Assembly (NCBI GenBank): GCA_963784915.1
Contig: CAWATK010000005.1
Coordinates: forward strand, 18,708-82,707
Length of the DNA: 64,000 bases
Reading direction: 5' to 3'
Source of the DNA: an uncultured Chloroflexia bacterium
Lineage (GTDB): Bacteria; Chloroflexota; Anaerolineae; Anaerolineales; Villigracilaceae
Part shown: piece after piece, positions 18,642 through 27,961 of the stretch
Layout of the letters: the number at the start of each line of letters is the position of its first letter
How positions within the stretch are numbered: the stretch's first letter is position 1
Translations under genes and position numbers: made by a program
Notes under the pieces: model-generated
Databases searched by the model: none
What the model saw: only the letters and a program-made list of their open reading frames with translations
What the model was told of the DNA's origin: nothing

Positions 18642-19328
18642 GTGGATCTTGACGGCCTTGATCAACGCATTGTTGCGTGCCGCAAGTGCCCCCGCTTGGT
18701 GCATTGGCGGGAGGCGGTGGCAAAGACGCGACGCCGTGCCTTCATGGCCTGGGAGTATTGGGGTAAGCCCGTACCCGGGTTCGGCGACCATCGTGCCCGC
18801 ATCCTGGCGGTGGGGCTGGCACCGGGAGCGCACGGCTCCAATCGCACCGGCAGGCAATTCACCGGGGATGCATCCGGGGGGTTCCTCTTTCCGGCGCTGC
18901 ACCGGGCCGGACTCGCCAGCCAGCCCGAATCGATTTCCCGGGAGGATGGCTTGCAGCTTCGCGGTCTGTACTTGACCGCGGCCTGTCGCTGTGTGCCACC
19001 CGCCAACAAGCCCTCGCCGTTGGAAATCCTGAATTGCCTCCCATACCTTGAAGAGGAGATCCGGATGCTTTCGCCCCGCGTCATCGTGTGCCTGGGCCGG
19101 ATAGCGTTTGTCACTGTGGCAAGGCTGCACGCGTTGCGAATTTCCCGGCACAAGTTTGCCCACGGCGCATGCTTCGAGGTGGCTGCTGCCGGCAACCGGG
19201 CTCGCACATGGATCCTGTGTTCATATCACCCGAGCCGGCAAAACACACAGACCGGCAAGTTGAGCTCCAGCATGTTCGATGCGATATGGGAGCGGGCCAG
19301 CGAGTTGGCTCACGATGCGAGAGACTGA
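18642..19328 (+). CDS. Uracil-DNA glycosylase superfamily protein (family 4/5, UdgB-like)
   Basis: CRKCPRLVHWRE..., GLAPGAHGSNRTGRQFTGD (a family-5-like motif A) and C-terminal SYHPSRQNTQTGKL. Confidence 0.85.
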   Translation: MDLDGLDQRIVACRKCPRLVHWREAVAKTRRRAFMAWEYWGKPVPGFGDHRARILAVGLAPGAHGSNRTGRQFTGDASGGFLFPALHRAGLASQPESISREDGLQLRGLYLTAACRCVPPANKPSPLEILNCLPYLEEEIRMLSPRVIVCLGRIAFVTVARLHALRISRHKFAHGACFEVAAAGNRARTWILCSYHPSRQNTQTGKLSSSMFDAIWERASELAHDARD

Positions 19329-19809
19329 AGCTGGTCTGGAGGTTGCCCCGGAGTTCGAGGGACGGGACATACATGGTCGACTCGTCCGACTCGCGGATTT
19401 TCGCGGCCGGCCCGTTGTGCTGACTTTCTTGCGGGGTTTTGCCTGACCCTACTGTCGCGCGCAGTTGGCGCGCTTACGAGACCAGTACGCGGAGTTCACC
19501 AGCCGCGCTGCGGAGGTGATCGCAATCGGCCCAGACGGTCCAGGCGAGTTTGGCCGATATTGGCGCGCTGAGCACATCCCCTTCATCGGAATCCCGGATC
19601 CCGCGCACAAGGTGGCGCGCCTCTACCGGCAGGAAGTCGACCTTTTCAAACTGGGCCGCATGCCGCTTGTCGCGGTGATCGATGGACACGGCCGCTTGCG
19701 ATACGTGCATCGCGCCAACTCGATGTCGGATATCCCGGAGAACGGCACACTGCTCGAGGTGATCGAGTTCATTCGCGCCACCCCGGCGCAGCCGTTCAGA
19801 TCCACGTAG
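19315..19809 (+). CDS. AhpC/TSA (peroxiredoxin/redoxin-fold) selenoprotein candidate with in-frame UGA at 19444-19446 (U-P-Y-C redox motif)
   Basis: The same frame as ORF 19465-19809 reads from ATG 19315: ...APEFEGRDIHGRLVRLADFRGRPVVLTFLRGFA-TGA-PYCRAQLARLRDQY.... The TGA sits where the family has the first Cys of CPYC. A hairpin lies 10 nt downstream, and tRNA-Sec and selB are in the window. Confidence 0.75.
19457..19473 (+). promoter_or_regulatory. Candidate bacterial SECIS hairpin
   Basis: GCGCGC-AGUUG-GCGCGC forms 6 G-C pairs with a 5-nt loop containing G and U. It starts 10 nt 3' of the in-frame UGA. Confidence 0.5.
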
Positions 19810-19936
19810 ACCACAGCCACTGACCGCCGTCGCCAGTACCAGGGGGACATATCGATGAGACTGCTCGACGCCACGCCTACGCTTCGACATGCAGCCAGGC
19901 CGCTTCTGGCCCTCCGATGCCTTGTGCTGGGTCTCG

Positions 19937-19942
19937 TATAAT
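19937..19942 (+). promoter_or_regulatory. TATAAT -10 hexamer upstream of pdp
   Basis: gtctcgTATAATgct lies in the 210-nt intergenic spacer, 78 nt before the ATG at 20020. No good -35 element. Confidence 0.25.
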
Positions 19943-20019
19943 GCTGGTGTAGGTCCAATGCGGCTGGATGCACCTCACATTCATGGGCTTAGGCTGGCAC
20001 GCAGGCGTGGGAACAGGAT

Positions 20020-21315
20020 ATGCGCGCGGTAGACATCATAGTTAAGAAGCGCGACAAGAAGGAACTCTCCAAGGAGGAGATCAACTTCTTTGTTCAGGGA
20101 TTCGTCCGGGACCAGATTCCAGATTACCAGGTCTCCGCGTGGGCCATGGCTGTCGTATTGAATGGCATGACGCCGCAGGAAACCACGGATCTTACATTGG
20201 CCATGGTGCTTTCGGGTCGGATCCTGGATCTCAGCGGGGTCGTCGATATTGCAGTGGACAAGCATTCATCTGGGGGCGTGGGGGATAAGACCAGCCTGGT
20301 CGTGCTGCCTATGGTTGCCGCCTCGGGCTTGCCGGTCGGCAAGATGTCCGGCCGCGGGCTGGGCTTCAGTGGCGGCACGCTCGACAAGATGGAATCGATT
20401 CCCGGATACCGCGTCAACCTCAACACGGACGAATTCAAGCTGCAGCTCAAGGAGCACGGAATCGTGCTTACCGGGCAGTCGGCCGATCTGGCGCCCGCGG
20501 ACGGCAAGCTCTATGCCCTTCGGGATGTGACCGGCACCGTCCCTTCCATTCCCTTGATCGCTTCATCGATCATGAGCAAGAAGATCGCTGGCGGCGCGCA
20601 GGCAATCGTGCTGGACGTGAAGGTGGGGCACGGGGCCTTCATGGAGACGCTGGACCAGGCCCGCGAACTGGCCGGAATGATGGAGAAGATCGGCGAGTTG
20701 GCGGGTCGTAAGACCGTCTGCCTATTGTCGGACATGAACCAACCGCTGGGGTGTGCCGTCGGGAATGCACTGGAGGTGGCGGAGGCAATCGACGCACTTC
20801 ACGGTGGCGGACCCCCGGATCTTCGCGAACACTGCCTGCACGTCAGCGCGCACATGCTGGTCATCGGTCGCCGCGCCGCGAACCTTGATGAGGGTCGTAG
20901 GATGGCGGAACGAGCGGTGCAAGATGGCACGGCGTTCGGAAAATTCCGCGAACTGGTCGAAGCGCAGGGCGGCGATGTGACCTATGTGGATCAGCCGGAG
21001 CGGCTGCCGCGGGCCGCCCTGGTGGAGTCAGTTGCGGCCCCAGCCTCTGGTTGGCTGGAGCGGGTCGACGCCCGCGCCATCGGCGAAGCGTCGGTCGCCC
21101 TGGGTGCTGGTCGGGCGAGCAAGGTGGATACGGTCGACCACGCCGTGGGCTTTGAAATACCTCACAAGGTCGGCGATCGCGTTGAGGCAGGAGCCGCCCT
21201 CTTTACCATCCATGCCAATGATGAGCACAAATTGGCGGATGCGCGACGCCAGGTCCTGGCGGCGCACTCCATCGAGGATCGGCGTGCGGCGGCGCTCCCG
21301 CTGTTCTACAACTAG
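20020..21315 (+). CDS. pdp: Pyrimidine-nucleoside (thymidine) phosphorylase
   Basis: IIVKKRDKKELSKEEINFFVQGF, DKHSSGGVGDKTSLV and SGRGLGFSGGTLDKMESIPG are typical of Pdp/DeoA. Confidence 0.9.
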   Translation: MRAVDIIVKKRDKKELSKEEINFFVQGFVRDQIPDYQVSAWAMAVVLNGMTPQETTDLTLAMVLSGRILDLSGVVDIAVDKHSSGGVGDKTSLVVLPMVAASGLPVGKMSGRGLGFSGGTLDKMESIPGYRVNLNTDEFKLQLKEHGIVLTGQSADLAPADGKLYALRDVTGTVPSIPLIASSIMSKKIAGGAQAIVLDVKVGHGAFMETLDQARELAGMMEKIGELAGRKTVCLLSDMNQPLGCAVGNALEVAEAIDALHGGGPPDLREHCLHVSAHMLVIGRRAANLDEGRRMAERAVQDGTAFGKFRELVEAQGGDVTYVDQPERLPRAALVESVAAPASGWLERVDARAIGEASVALGAGRASKVDTVDHAVGFEIPHKVGDRVEAGAALFTIHANDEHKLADARRQVLAAHSIEDRRAAALPLFYN

Positions 21316-21420
21316 TTGTTTTGGAGGGCGAACGCGGTCGCCATGCATTAATACGCCCCTGAAATGTGCCCCGGCTTGCGGTTTGCATTGGATTAGGGCA
21401 TACTTGGATTGGATGCACAG

Positions 21421-23791
21421 ATGACCAAAATCGCCCTAAGAGCCTACGTCCACGAGATTGAGAGCCAGATAGAGCAGGGACAGCGGCTGGATGAAGCCGT
21501 GGCCCACTGCCGACATATCCTGGCGAGCTATCCCAAGCACCTCGAAACATATCGTCTCCTGGGCAAGGCCTATCTGGAAGCCAAACACCACGATCAGGCG
21601 GTGGACATCTTCCAGCGGGTGTTGGTTTCTGCCCCAGATGATTTCGTCTCGCACGTGGGCATGAGCATCATCGCAGACGACAAAGGCAAACTGGATGAAG
21701 CCATCTGGCACATGGAACGCGCGTTCGAGGTTCAGCCCTCCAACGCCGCGATCCAGGGCGAACTTCAACGGCTCTTTGGCCGTCGGGACGGAGTGGAACC
21801 CCCGAAGATCCGCCTGACGCGTGGCGCCCTGGCGCACATGTACATGCAAGGCGAGTTGTACCAGCAGGCAATTTCCGAGATTCGTGCGGTGCTTGCCACT
21901 GATTCGGAACGGATGGACATGCAGGTGCTGTTGGCGCGTGCCTACTACAGTAATGGGCAGAGGGCCGAGGCCGCTGACATGTGTTCAACGCTCCTGGCGA
22001 CCTCTCCGTACTGCCTGGATGCCAACCGTCTCATGGCCGAGATCCTGCCCGGAACTCAGGCCACCGAGACGGCGCAGCAATGCCGGCGGCGCGTGGTAGA
22101 CATGGATCCCTACGCGGATTTCGCCCGAGGATCGTTATTTGCCACGGATACCGTCGCCGACGGCGCGGTGACGCTGGAACGCCTTGAGTACAGTGGCGAG
22201 GTGGCTGAGCCGGGTGCATCCATTGGAATGGGTCTGGCCTCGCGGCTGCAGTCAGCGAAGACGCCGGATGCAGTCCCGAGTTGGCTATCTCCTGGTGTGT
22301 CAGCAGACAACCCGCCCAAGGCGGAGGACCTTCCGGCTCAGCCTGACCAAGATCTTCCCGATTTCCTGCGCGGCTCGGGTTGGCGGGAGGTGCCTGCCGG
22401 GTTGCCAGGCGAGTCTCAGGGAATTGCGTCGACGGATCCTATGGAAACCGAAGTCGAACCCGAATCCGATGTCGTTGCCGGCGTGCTGCCGGAGTGGGTG
22501 AAGGCGTTGGCCCCCAACGAAGAACAAGTGCCGAGTCCTTCCTCCGCTGCGACTACATACGCGCAACGCAATGGGACAACGGCCGCATCGAGCTCTCTTG
22601 ATCCTCAGGCCGGCACGGCAACGGGATCAGGCAACGAAACGCCCGATTGGTTGCGTGATCTCGCCAAGGATGCAGAGCCACCCAAAGAGGCAGCCTCAAC
22701 CGCCTGGCACCCGACCACCACCCCGGACACAGATAGCACCACTCCTTCCGCCGCATCTGTCGGCGCGTCGAACGACAACGGCCTGGCTTGGCTTGAAGGC
22801 CTTGCCGAGAAGCATGGGGCCAAGCCCGAAGAGCTCATCACACCGCCGGAGGCGCGTACGCAGGGTCCACCCAAATGGCTTGAAGAATCTGGGAAGGAAG
22901 AGGCAGCGGCCCCCGAGGGCCTGGACGCCTGTTGATGCCGCGGTGACTGAAACGGCACCAGAGGCTCTCGAAGTGCCAGACCCCGGCCCACCCCTGGGCA
23001 CGGCATCTTCCTTGGATTGGCTGAGCGGCCTGGCCGATTCAAACGCCTTTGCCGAAATGGAAAAACCCCGCGAGAACGATGAGGCGCCCTTCGCAGAGGC
23101 GGCCGAACTGCCGCGTGCACCGTCGGCCGAGCAGGGGAGTTTGCCGGACTGGCTGGTGGATAAGCCGCAGGATGCGCCTATCGAGCCGGCCGCAGTGATG
23201 GGCGTGCAAGCTGGCGAGAATGAATCGAGTGCCGACTTGCCCGATTGGCTGGCAGATCTGGATGGTGCCAAGGGCGCGTCGGCGCAAGCTGGACCCCCAG
23301 AAACGGATCAAGTGCCAGATGTCCCCGACTGGCTCCAGCCCTCGTCACAGGAGCCGGTTGCAGGTCCATCGCAATGGCGGCCCGCGGATGCGCTGCCAGC
23401 TGAGTCACCGGTATCAAGTGAGGCAGACGCAGTGCCGGTTTCATCATCCGCCGCGGCGACCGGCGGAACGGCAGAAGGTCCTCCGAGGCGTGAGCCGCTT
23501 CCCTCGCGGGCCCGAGCTGTGCCAAAGGCACCAGCCCTGGAAGCTCCTACCCTCGGGGCTGCCAAGGCCGAACTGACGCGGGGAAATATCGCCGCCGCGC
23601 TTGACATTTACAGCCGGATGATTCGCAAGGGCAGGTCCCTGACAGAGATCATCCGCGAGCTGAGGGACGCGCTCTATCGCTACCCTGTCGAGGTTTCGAT
23701 CTGGCAGGCACTCGGTGATGCGTACATGCGGGCCAATCGACTGCAGGAGGCTCTGGACGCGTACACCAAAGCCGAAGAATTGCTTAGGTGA
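21421..23791 (+). CDS. TPR-repeat protein with a long acidic/Pro-rich linker carrying about 10 PDWL-type motifs; frameshift near 22908-22925
   Basis: TPR units lie at both ends (YRLLGKAYLEAKHHDQAVDIFQRVL...; ...WQALGDAYMRANRLQEALDAYTKAEELL). The two ORFs (to 22935 and from ~22920) share the same repeat style. The ATG at 21421 was preferred over the TTG at 21409. Confidence 0.7.
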
Positions 23792-23797
23792 GTTTGT

Positions 23798-23821
23798 CGG
23801 GGCGACGAAACGTTCGCCCCG
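23798..23821 (+). terminator. Hairpin after the TPR gene
   Basis: CGGGGCGA cgaaacgt TCGCCCCG is a perfect 8-bp stem, 7 nt after the stop. The downstream tract is weak (AAUACCC). Confidence 0.45.
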
Positions 23822-23845
23822 AATACCCTAATCAGTGGAGGACTA

Positions 23846-24298
23846 GTGGAACGTACTCTTGTTCTCGTGAAGCCGGACGGCGTGCAGCGCGGCCTGATCG
23901 GTGAGATCATCGCGCGGTTGGAGCGCCGCGGCCTGCGCCTCGTGGCTGCGAAGTTCATGTGGGTAAGCCGTGATCTGGCGAACAAGCACTATGCTGTTCA
24001 CGAGGGCAAGCCGTTTTACGAGGGCCTCATAACTTACATCACCTCCTCGCCTGTCATGGCCATGGCCTGGGAGGGGCCCTCCGCCGTGGCGGCGGTTCGC
24101 CAAACCATGGGGAGCACTCGCCCCACGGAAGCGGCGCCCGGAACGGTGCGTCACGACTTCGGCCTTGAAGTGGGACGTAATCTTACCCACGCCTCCGACT
24201 CTGCGGCGACTGGCGTGGATGAGGTGTCGCTGTGGTTCCAGAAGGGTGAACTCGTGGACTGGACGCGTGCCGCTGATGCGTGGGTCTTCGAGAAGTAG
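23846..24298 (+). CDS. ndk: Nucleoside-diphosphate kinase
   Basis: ERTLVLVKPDGVQRGLIGEIIARLE...NLTHASDS (active-site His). It has a GTG start preceded by GGAGGA. Confidence 0.95.
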   Translation: MERTLVLVKPDGVQRGLIGEIIARLERRGLRLVAAKFMWVSRDLANKHYAVHEGKPFYEGLITYITSSPVMAMAWEGPSAVAAVRQTMGSTRPTEAAPGTVRHDFGLEVGRNLTHASDSAATGVDEVSLWFQKGELVDWTRAADAWVFEK

Positions 24299-24329
24299 TC
24301 GCTGGTACGCCGATCGACCGGATTGATCT

Positions 24330-24356
24330 GCGGCCGCCCCAATGCAGGGCGGCCGC
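24330..24356. terminator. Bidirectional GC hairpin between convergent ndk and rsfS
   Basis: GCGGCCGCCC caatgca GGGCGGCCGC is a perfect 10-bp stem located between the two stop codons. Confidence 0.5.
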
Positions 24357-24359
24357 TCT

Positions 24360-24716
24360 CTACTGGAGCTTCAGCACAACCTTTCCGTCCTGCCAGAATT
24401 CCTCCAGCCCATAATGCTCACGTTGGTCGGGCGAAAACAGATGCACCACGACATCGCCGTAGTCGACCACGACCCAGCCCTCGCGCGCCTCTCCCTGCTT
24501 GCGGCCGCGCTTTCGGTATTGTTCGCGAACCGCCTCCATGGCTGAGTCCGCCAATGCATCCAGCATGCGATCGCTGGTGCCAGTGCACAGGACGAAATAA
24601 TCGGTGAAGGACGCGACGTCCTTGATGTCGAGCAACAGGATGTCTTCGCCCTTCCTGGTTTCCAAAGACTCCACGATGGTGTGGGCGAGTTCAAGTGCGT
24701 TCAGGATCCACCTCAA
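24360..24716 (-). CDS. rsfS: Ribosome silencing factor RsfS (iojap family)
   Basis: 118 aa: ...LETRKGEDILLLDIKDVASFTDYFVLCTGTSDRMLDALADS...GWVVVDYGDVVVHLF. Confidence 0.9.
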   Translation of the reverse strand: MRWILNALELAHTIVESLETRKGEDILLLDIKDVASFTDYFVLCTGTSDRMLDALADSAMEAVREQYRKRGRKQGEAREGWVVVDYGDVVVHLFSPDQREHYGLEEFWQDGKVVLKLQ

Positions 24717-24764
24717 TAGAATTGTTGAAGCTCGGATGCGCCATGTCGGATCGGATCCGAACCA

Positions 24765-25349
24765 TCACGCGGGCATCTGGACGGTGAACAGGCGGCTGTA
24801 CACGGATCCCAACTCAAGCAACTCGCTCTTGTACAGATGCACTGCCTCCACCGTCAGCGTGCCAATTCGGCCAATGGAGGCGCCTTCCAGCACCTCGCGG
24901 ATCGTTTGCAGGTCTGCGGCCGAGACGCCGGCGCGCACGCGCCCGATGGTGAGGTGTGGGGAAAACTCACGCTCCTCGGACTCGTAACCCAGTCGGCTGG
25001 TGGCCACGTCCAGCTTGTGCTGGAGTGAGGCGAGCGCAGCCGGCGCCTCGATGCCTATCCACACAACGCGCGCCCGCCTGACGTTGGGGAATGCCCCAAG
25101 CCCACGGAACTCCACGCTGAAAGGATTGTGTTGGGGCACCTCGGCTCGCAGGGCGGCCTCGATCTGGCTCAAGCTCGACGGTGCTGTATCACCCAGGAAC
25201 TTGAGGGTGAGGTGCATATTCCGCGCAGGGATCCACCTCACGAGTCTTGGCCCGAGAGCGCGACGCGCATTTTCGGTGGCCGTGCCTATCGCTTCTTGCA
25301 GCGTGCCGGGCAGTTCCACGCCCAGAAAACAGCGCACTAGGTTCATCAA
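24765..25349 (-). CDS. thpR: RNA 2',3'-cyclic phosphodiesterase (2H family, ThpR/LigT)
   Basis: Two H-x-T-x motifs, HLTLKFLG and HLTIGR, at the spacing expected for the 2H phosphoesterase fold. Confidence 0.85.
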   Translation of the reverse strand: MMNLVRCFLGVELPGTLQEAIGTATENARRALGPRLVRWIPARNMHLTLKFLGDTAPSSLSQIEAALRAEVPQHNPFSVEFRGLGAFPNVRRARVVWIGIEAPAALASLQHKLDVATSRLGYESEEREFSPHLTIGRVRAGVSAADLQTIREVLEGASIGRIGTLTVEAVHLYKSELLELGSVYSRLFTVQMPA

Positions 25350-25547
25350 CTTATGTTCGCTGCTTGGGCATGACGGCTTCAGCCCTGAAGCGTCTCGCCA
25401 TCACAGGGCGATTTGGTTCTCGCAAGAATCGGCAAGATTTCCATGAACACGAGCCATTTCAAAATACCATACCACTGGTCGAACTGCAAGTGCGGTAAGG
25501 CCGACGCATGTCCCCCCGTCCATGCATTCGAATCAGGAGGGCAGCGC

Positions 25548-26060
25548 ATGACAGATCTGGACGCATTCCGCAGGGCGAAGGACGACTTCTTGAAGCACGA
25601 TTTGCAGAGCCCCCTAACCCCGACCCAGAAGCGTGGATTCACGGGCCTGCAGTACTTCCCCGAGAATCCCGGTCTGCGGCTCGAAGTCGCCAGCGAACCT
25701 GCTGTGGTTGCAGGTCCGGTCGAGATGCAGACTTCCACGGGCGACGTCCAAACCTATTCCCGGGTTGGTCGATTTCAATTCACGGTGGCTGGGGAGCTCG
25801 CCGAGCTAACCATATACGAGGGTCCCAATGGATTGTTCCTGCCGTTCGTCAACTCGCTGGCGGGGCGCGAAACCTATCCGGCGGGCAGATACTTGGAGCC
25901 CGAGTCCCTTCCGGGCGGACGCTATCTGGTTGATTTCAACTACGCTTACAATCCGTATTGTGCCTACAATGCTCAATGGTCGTGCCCCCTGACTCCGTTT
26001 GAAAACAGACTCAAGATCCCGGTCCAGGCCGGCGAGAAGATTTTCAATGAAGCCCACTAG
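25548..26060 (+). CDS. DUF1684 domain protein
   Basis: FRRAKDDFLKHDLQSPLT...LQYFPENPGLR...DFNYAYNPYCAYNAQWSCPLTPFENRL. The ATG at 25548 is preceded by AGGAGG. Confidence 0.8.
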   Translation: MTDLDAFRRAKDDFLKHDLQSPLTPTQKRGFTGLQYFPENPGLRLEVASEPAVVAGPVEMQTSTGDVQTYSRVGRFQFTVAGELAELTIYEGPNGLFLPFVNSLAGRETYPAGRYLEPESLPGGRYLVDFNYAYNPYCAYNAQWSCPLTPFENRLKIPVQAGEKIFNEAH

Positions 26061-26376
26061 GAAGGTCTGGGGCCGGGCTATGGGGCGGAAGATCGTCAGA
26101 GGATTTCTCGACTGCTTCGAGTAGAGCCTCATACTCCTCGCAGCAGTCCGGGCAGCTGTCGAAGTGCTCACGCAGCAATGGCATCACCCTGGCCGCCTCG
26201 TGGTCTCTAAGCTCGCGTTCCACGTACTCATCCAGCAGCGCGAACACTTCGCTGCAGGACATTTCCTGCACCTGGACGGACTCGAGCACGCGCAGGATCC
26301 CCTGTACGGCCTCTTCCGGCAACTCCGTCACGTTCTTGCGCAAGCGATTGATCAGGCTCTCTATTTTGCCCTTCAT
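26044..26376 (-). CDS. Soluble zf-HC2-type anti-sigma factor
   Basis: MSCSEVFALLDEYVERELRDHEAARVMPLLREHFDSCPDCCEEYEAL carries H-x3-C-x2-C and has no TM segment. It lies 57 nt downstream of an ECF sigma gene. Confidence 0.65.
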   Translation of the reverse strand: MKGKIESLINRLRKNVTELPEEAVQGILRVLESVQVQEMSCSEVFALLDEYVERELRDHEAARVMPLLREHFDSCPDCCEEYEALLEAVEKSSDDLPPHSPAPDLPSGLH

Positions 26377-26433
26377 TTCACAACCGCTTTCTTGACGCCT
26401 GTCGGCTCGTCCATCTTACGGCTCCGGCGCACG

Positions 26434-27072
26434 TCATTTCGTTTCAAAGGAGGCAAGGACCTCCTGGGCCGTCAGGCCCTCGGTCTTGAGCCTCCTTTTC
26501 AGTCTCAGACGGGCATCGTGGAGAAGTTTATAGAGTGCATTACGGTTGGTCTTCAGCGTCTTGGCGGCCTCTTCCAAGGGAACCTGCTGGATGCCCAGCA
26601 ATACCAATGCCTCCCGTTGCCTGGGTGTGAGCTCCTGCTCCAGGATGCGGCGGATTCGTGCGAGCATGTCCCTCTGCTCTGAAATGGCCGCTGGCCCGGG
26701 AGCGCGATCGGCCACCAGACGGGACTGAGCGGGGGCGCCATCGGCTTCCATTAACTCGTCCAACGACGAGTCATGCCATCGCTTGCGCCGCAGCTCCGTC
26801 AAGGCAATTCGGACCGCGATCTTCTGGACCCAGGTGGTAAACATGCTCCGACCTTCGAAGCTGTCCAGTTGATCCATCACGCGCACCAATGTGTCCTGGG
26901 TGACCTCCTCCACCAGGGGTGCGAACAGTGGATCCTCCGGCGAAACCCAGCGTGAAAGGGCGTATGGCAAGCCGTGCTGAATGATGGCACGCAGATCGGC
27001 CAGGGCTGCGTCCCGGGCCGAGCTCGTAGCGCGCAGGTCGCCGATCCACATCTCGTTGGTGCGACTGGCCAT
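26434..27072 (-). CDS. ECF (sigma-70 family) sigma factor
   Basis: Region 2 (VEEVTQDTLVRVMDQLDSFEGRSMFTTWVQKIAVRIALTELRR) and region 4 (REALVLLGIQQVPLEEAAKTLKTNRNALYKLLHDARLRLK). The start was taken at ATG 27072. Confidence 0.85.
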   Translation of the reverse strand: MASRTNEMWIGDLRATSSARDAALADLRAIIQHGLPYALSRWVSPEDPLFAPLVEEVTQDTLVRVMDQLDSFEGRSMFTTWVQKIAVRIALTELRRKRWHDSSLDELMEADGAPAQSRLVADRAPGPAAISEQRDMLARIRRILEQELTPRQREALVLLGIQQVPLEEAAKTLKTNRNALYKLLHDARLRLKRRLKTEGLTAQEVLASFETK

Positions 27073-27082
27073 AGGTTGCGAG

Positions 27083-27088
27083 ATTATA
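27083..27088 (-). promoter_or_regulatory. Perfect TATAAT 10 nt upstream of the sigma-factor ATG (near-leaderless arrangement)
   Basis: The minus strand reads ggcagTATAATctcgcaacctATG. No Shine-Dalgarno sequence lies between the hexamer and the ATG. Confidence 0.3.
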
Positions 27089-27391
27089 CTGCCTCGCCTG
27101 CATTGGGCACGCCAGAACGCCCGCCTGCGGGTCGACACGCGCAGCACTGCAATGCCCGCAGGTATCCACGGTATAATCCCGAAAACCCAACAAGCGTCGA
27201 AGACATTTCAAGATCAAACGCATATCCTGCGAGCAGCCTGCAGTGGCAAAGAGGAGGCGAGACAGGTTCTCAACTGTCCAACAGTTGCATGTATTTGAGT
27301 CCAGGGCTTTTGCCGCAACTGTCAAGCAAGAAGAGATGACGAAGAAGGACCTTCTTTCGCTTCCATCGGAGCAAACCAGTCAAGGACACAG

Positions 27392-27961
27392 GTGGCTGAC
27401 CTAGAACAAATCCCCCAGCCACTCCACGTTCTCGGTGTCAATTACCACAACAGCGACAAGGTTGCTTTCGAGGTGTGGTGGGTTGGGCAAGGCGCGAAAG
27501 CACCCTCACAGTGCCTCGGGTTGGAGCCGGAATGCAATGATCGGCGTATCGATCCGGACGGCACTCGACGGGAAGTCCTCCGCGTCATCCAGAACCACGC
27601 AAACCCGATGATACATCTGACGGATAACGGCTGCGCCATGCGGGAAGGCCCCGATGCCCGGGGATATGCTGCAGATCGGGATCGGATCCGACACTGGAGT
27701 GAGCACATCCAGTCGATCCAACGGGGTGCCGACGTTTGCGCCTTCTACGCCTGGAGCATCCCGAGCAATTTGGGGCGGGAACCCGGGGACGGTCACCGGT
27801 TCGGCTCGGTTCGCGTGGAATATGCCGCCCTGAGGCGAATTCCCAGGAAAAGCGCTTGCTGGTACGGAGACGTCGTTCACCGAAAATGGCGTGGTGATCT
27901 GAGCGTCGTGGCACCGCAGGATGGGTTTTTTGGAACAGTCGTAAGAAGGCCAAATGCCTGA
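27392..27961 (+). pseudogene. Decayed C-terminal relic of a GH1 beta-glucosidase
   Basis: It aligns by eye to the last third of GH1. HVLGVNYH corresponds to DFLGVNYY. IHLTDNG corresponds to ITENG, with the nucleophile Glu changed to Asp. DRDRIRHWSEHI corresponds to DxxRIxYLxxHL. AFYAWSIPSNLGRE corresponds to GYFxWSLxDNFEW. RIPRKSACWY corresponds to RxPKxSAxWY. The N-terminal two thirds of the enzyme are absent. Confidence 0.6.
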
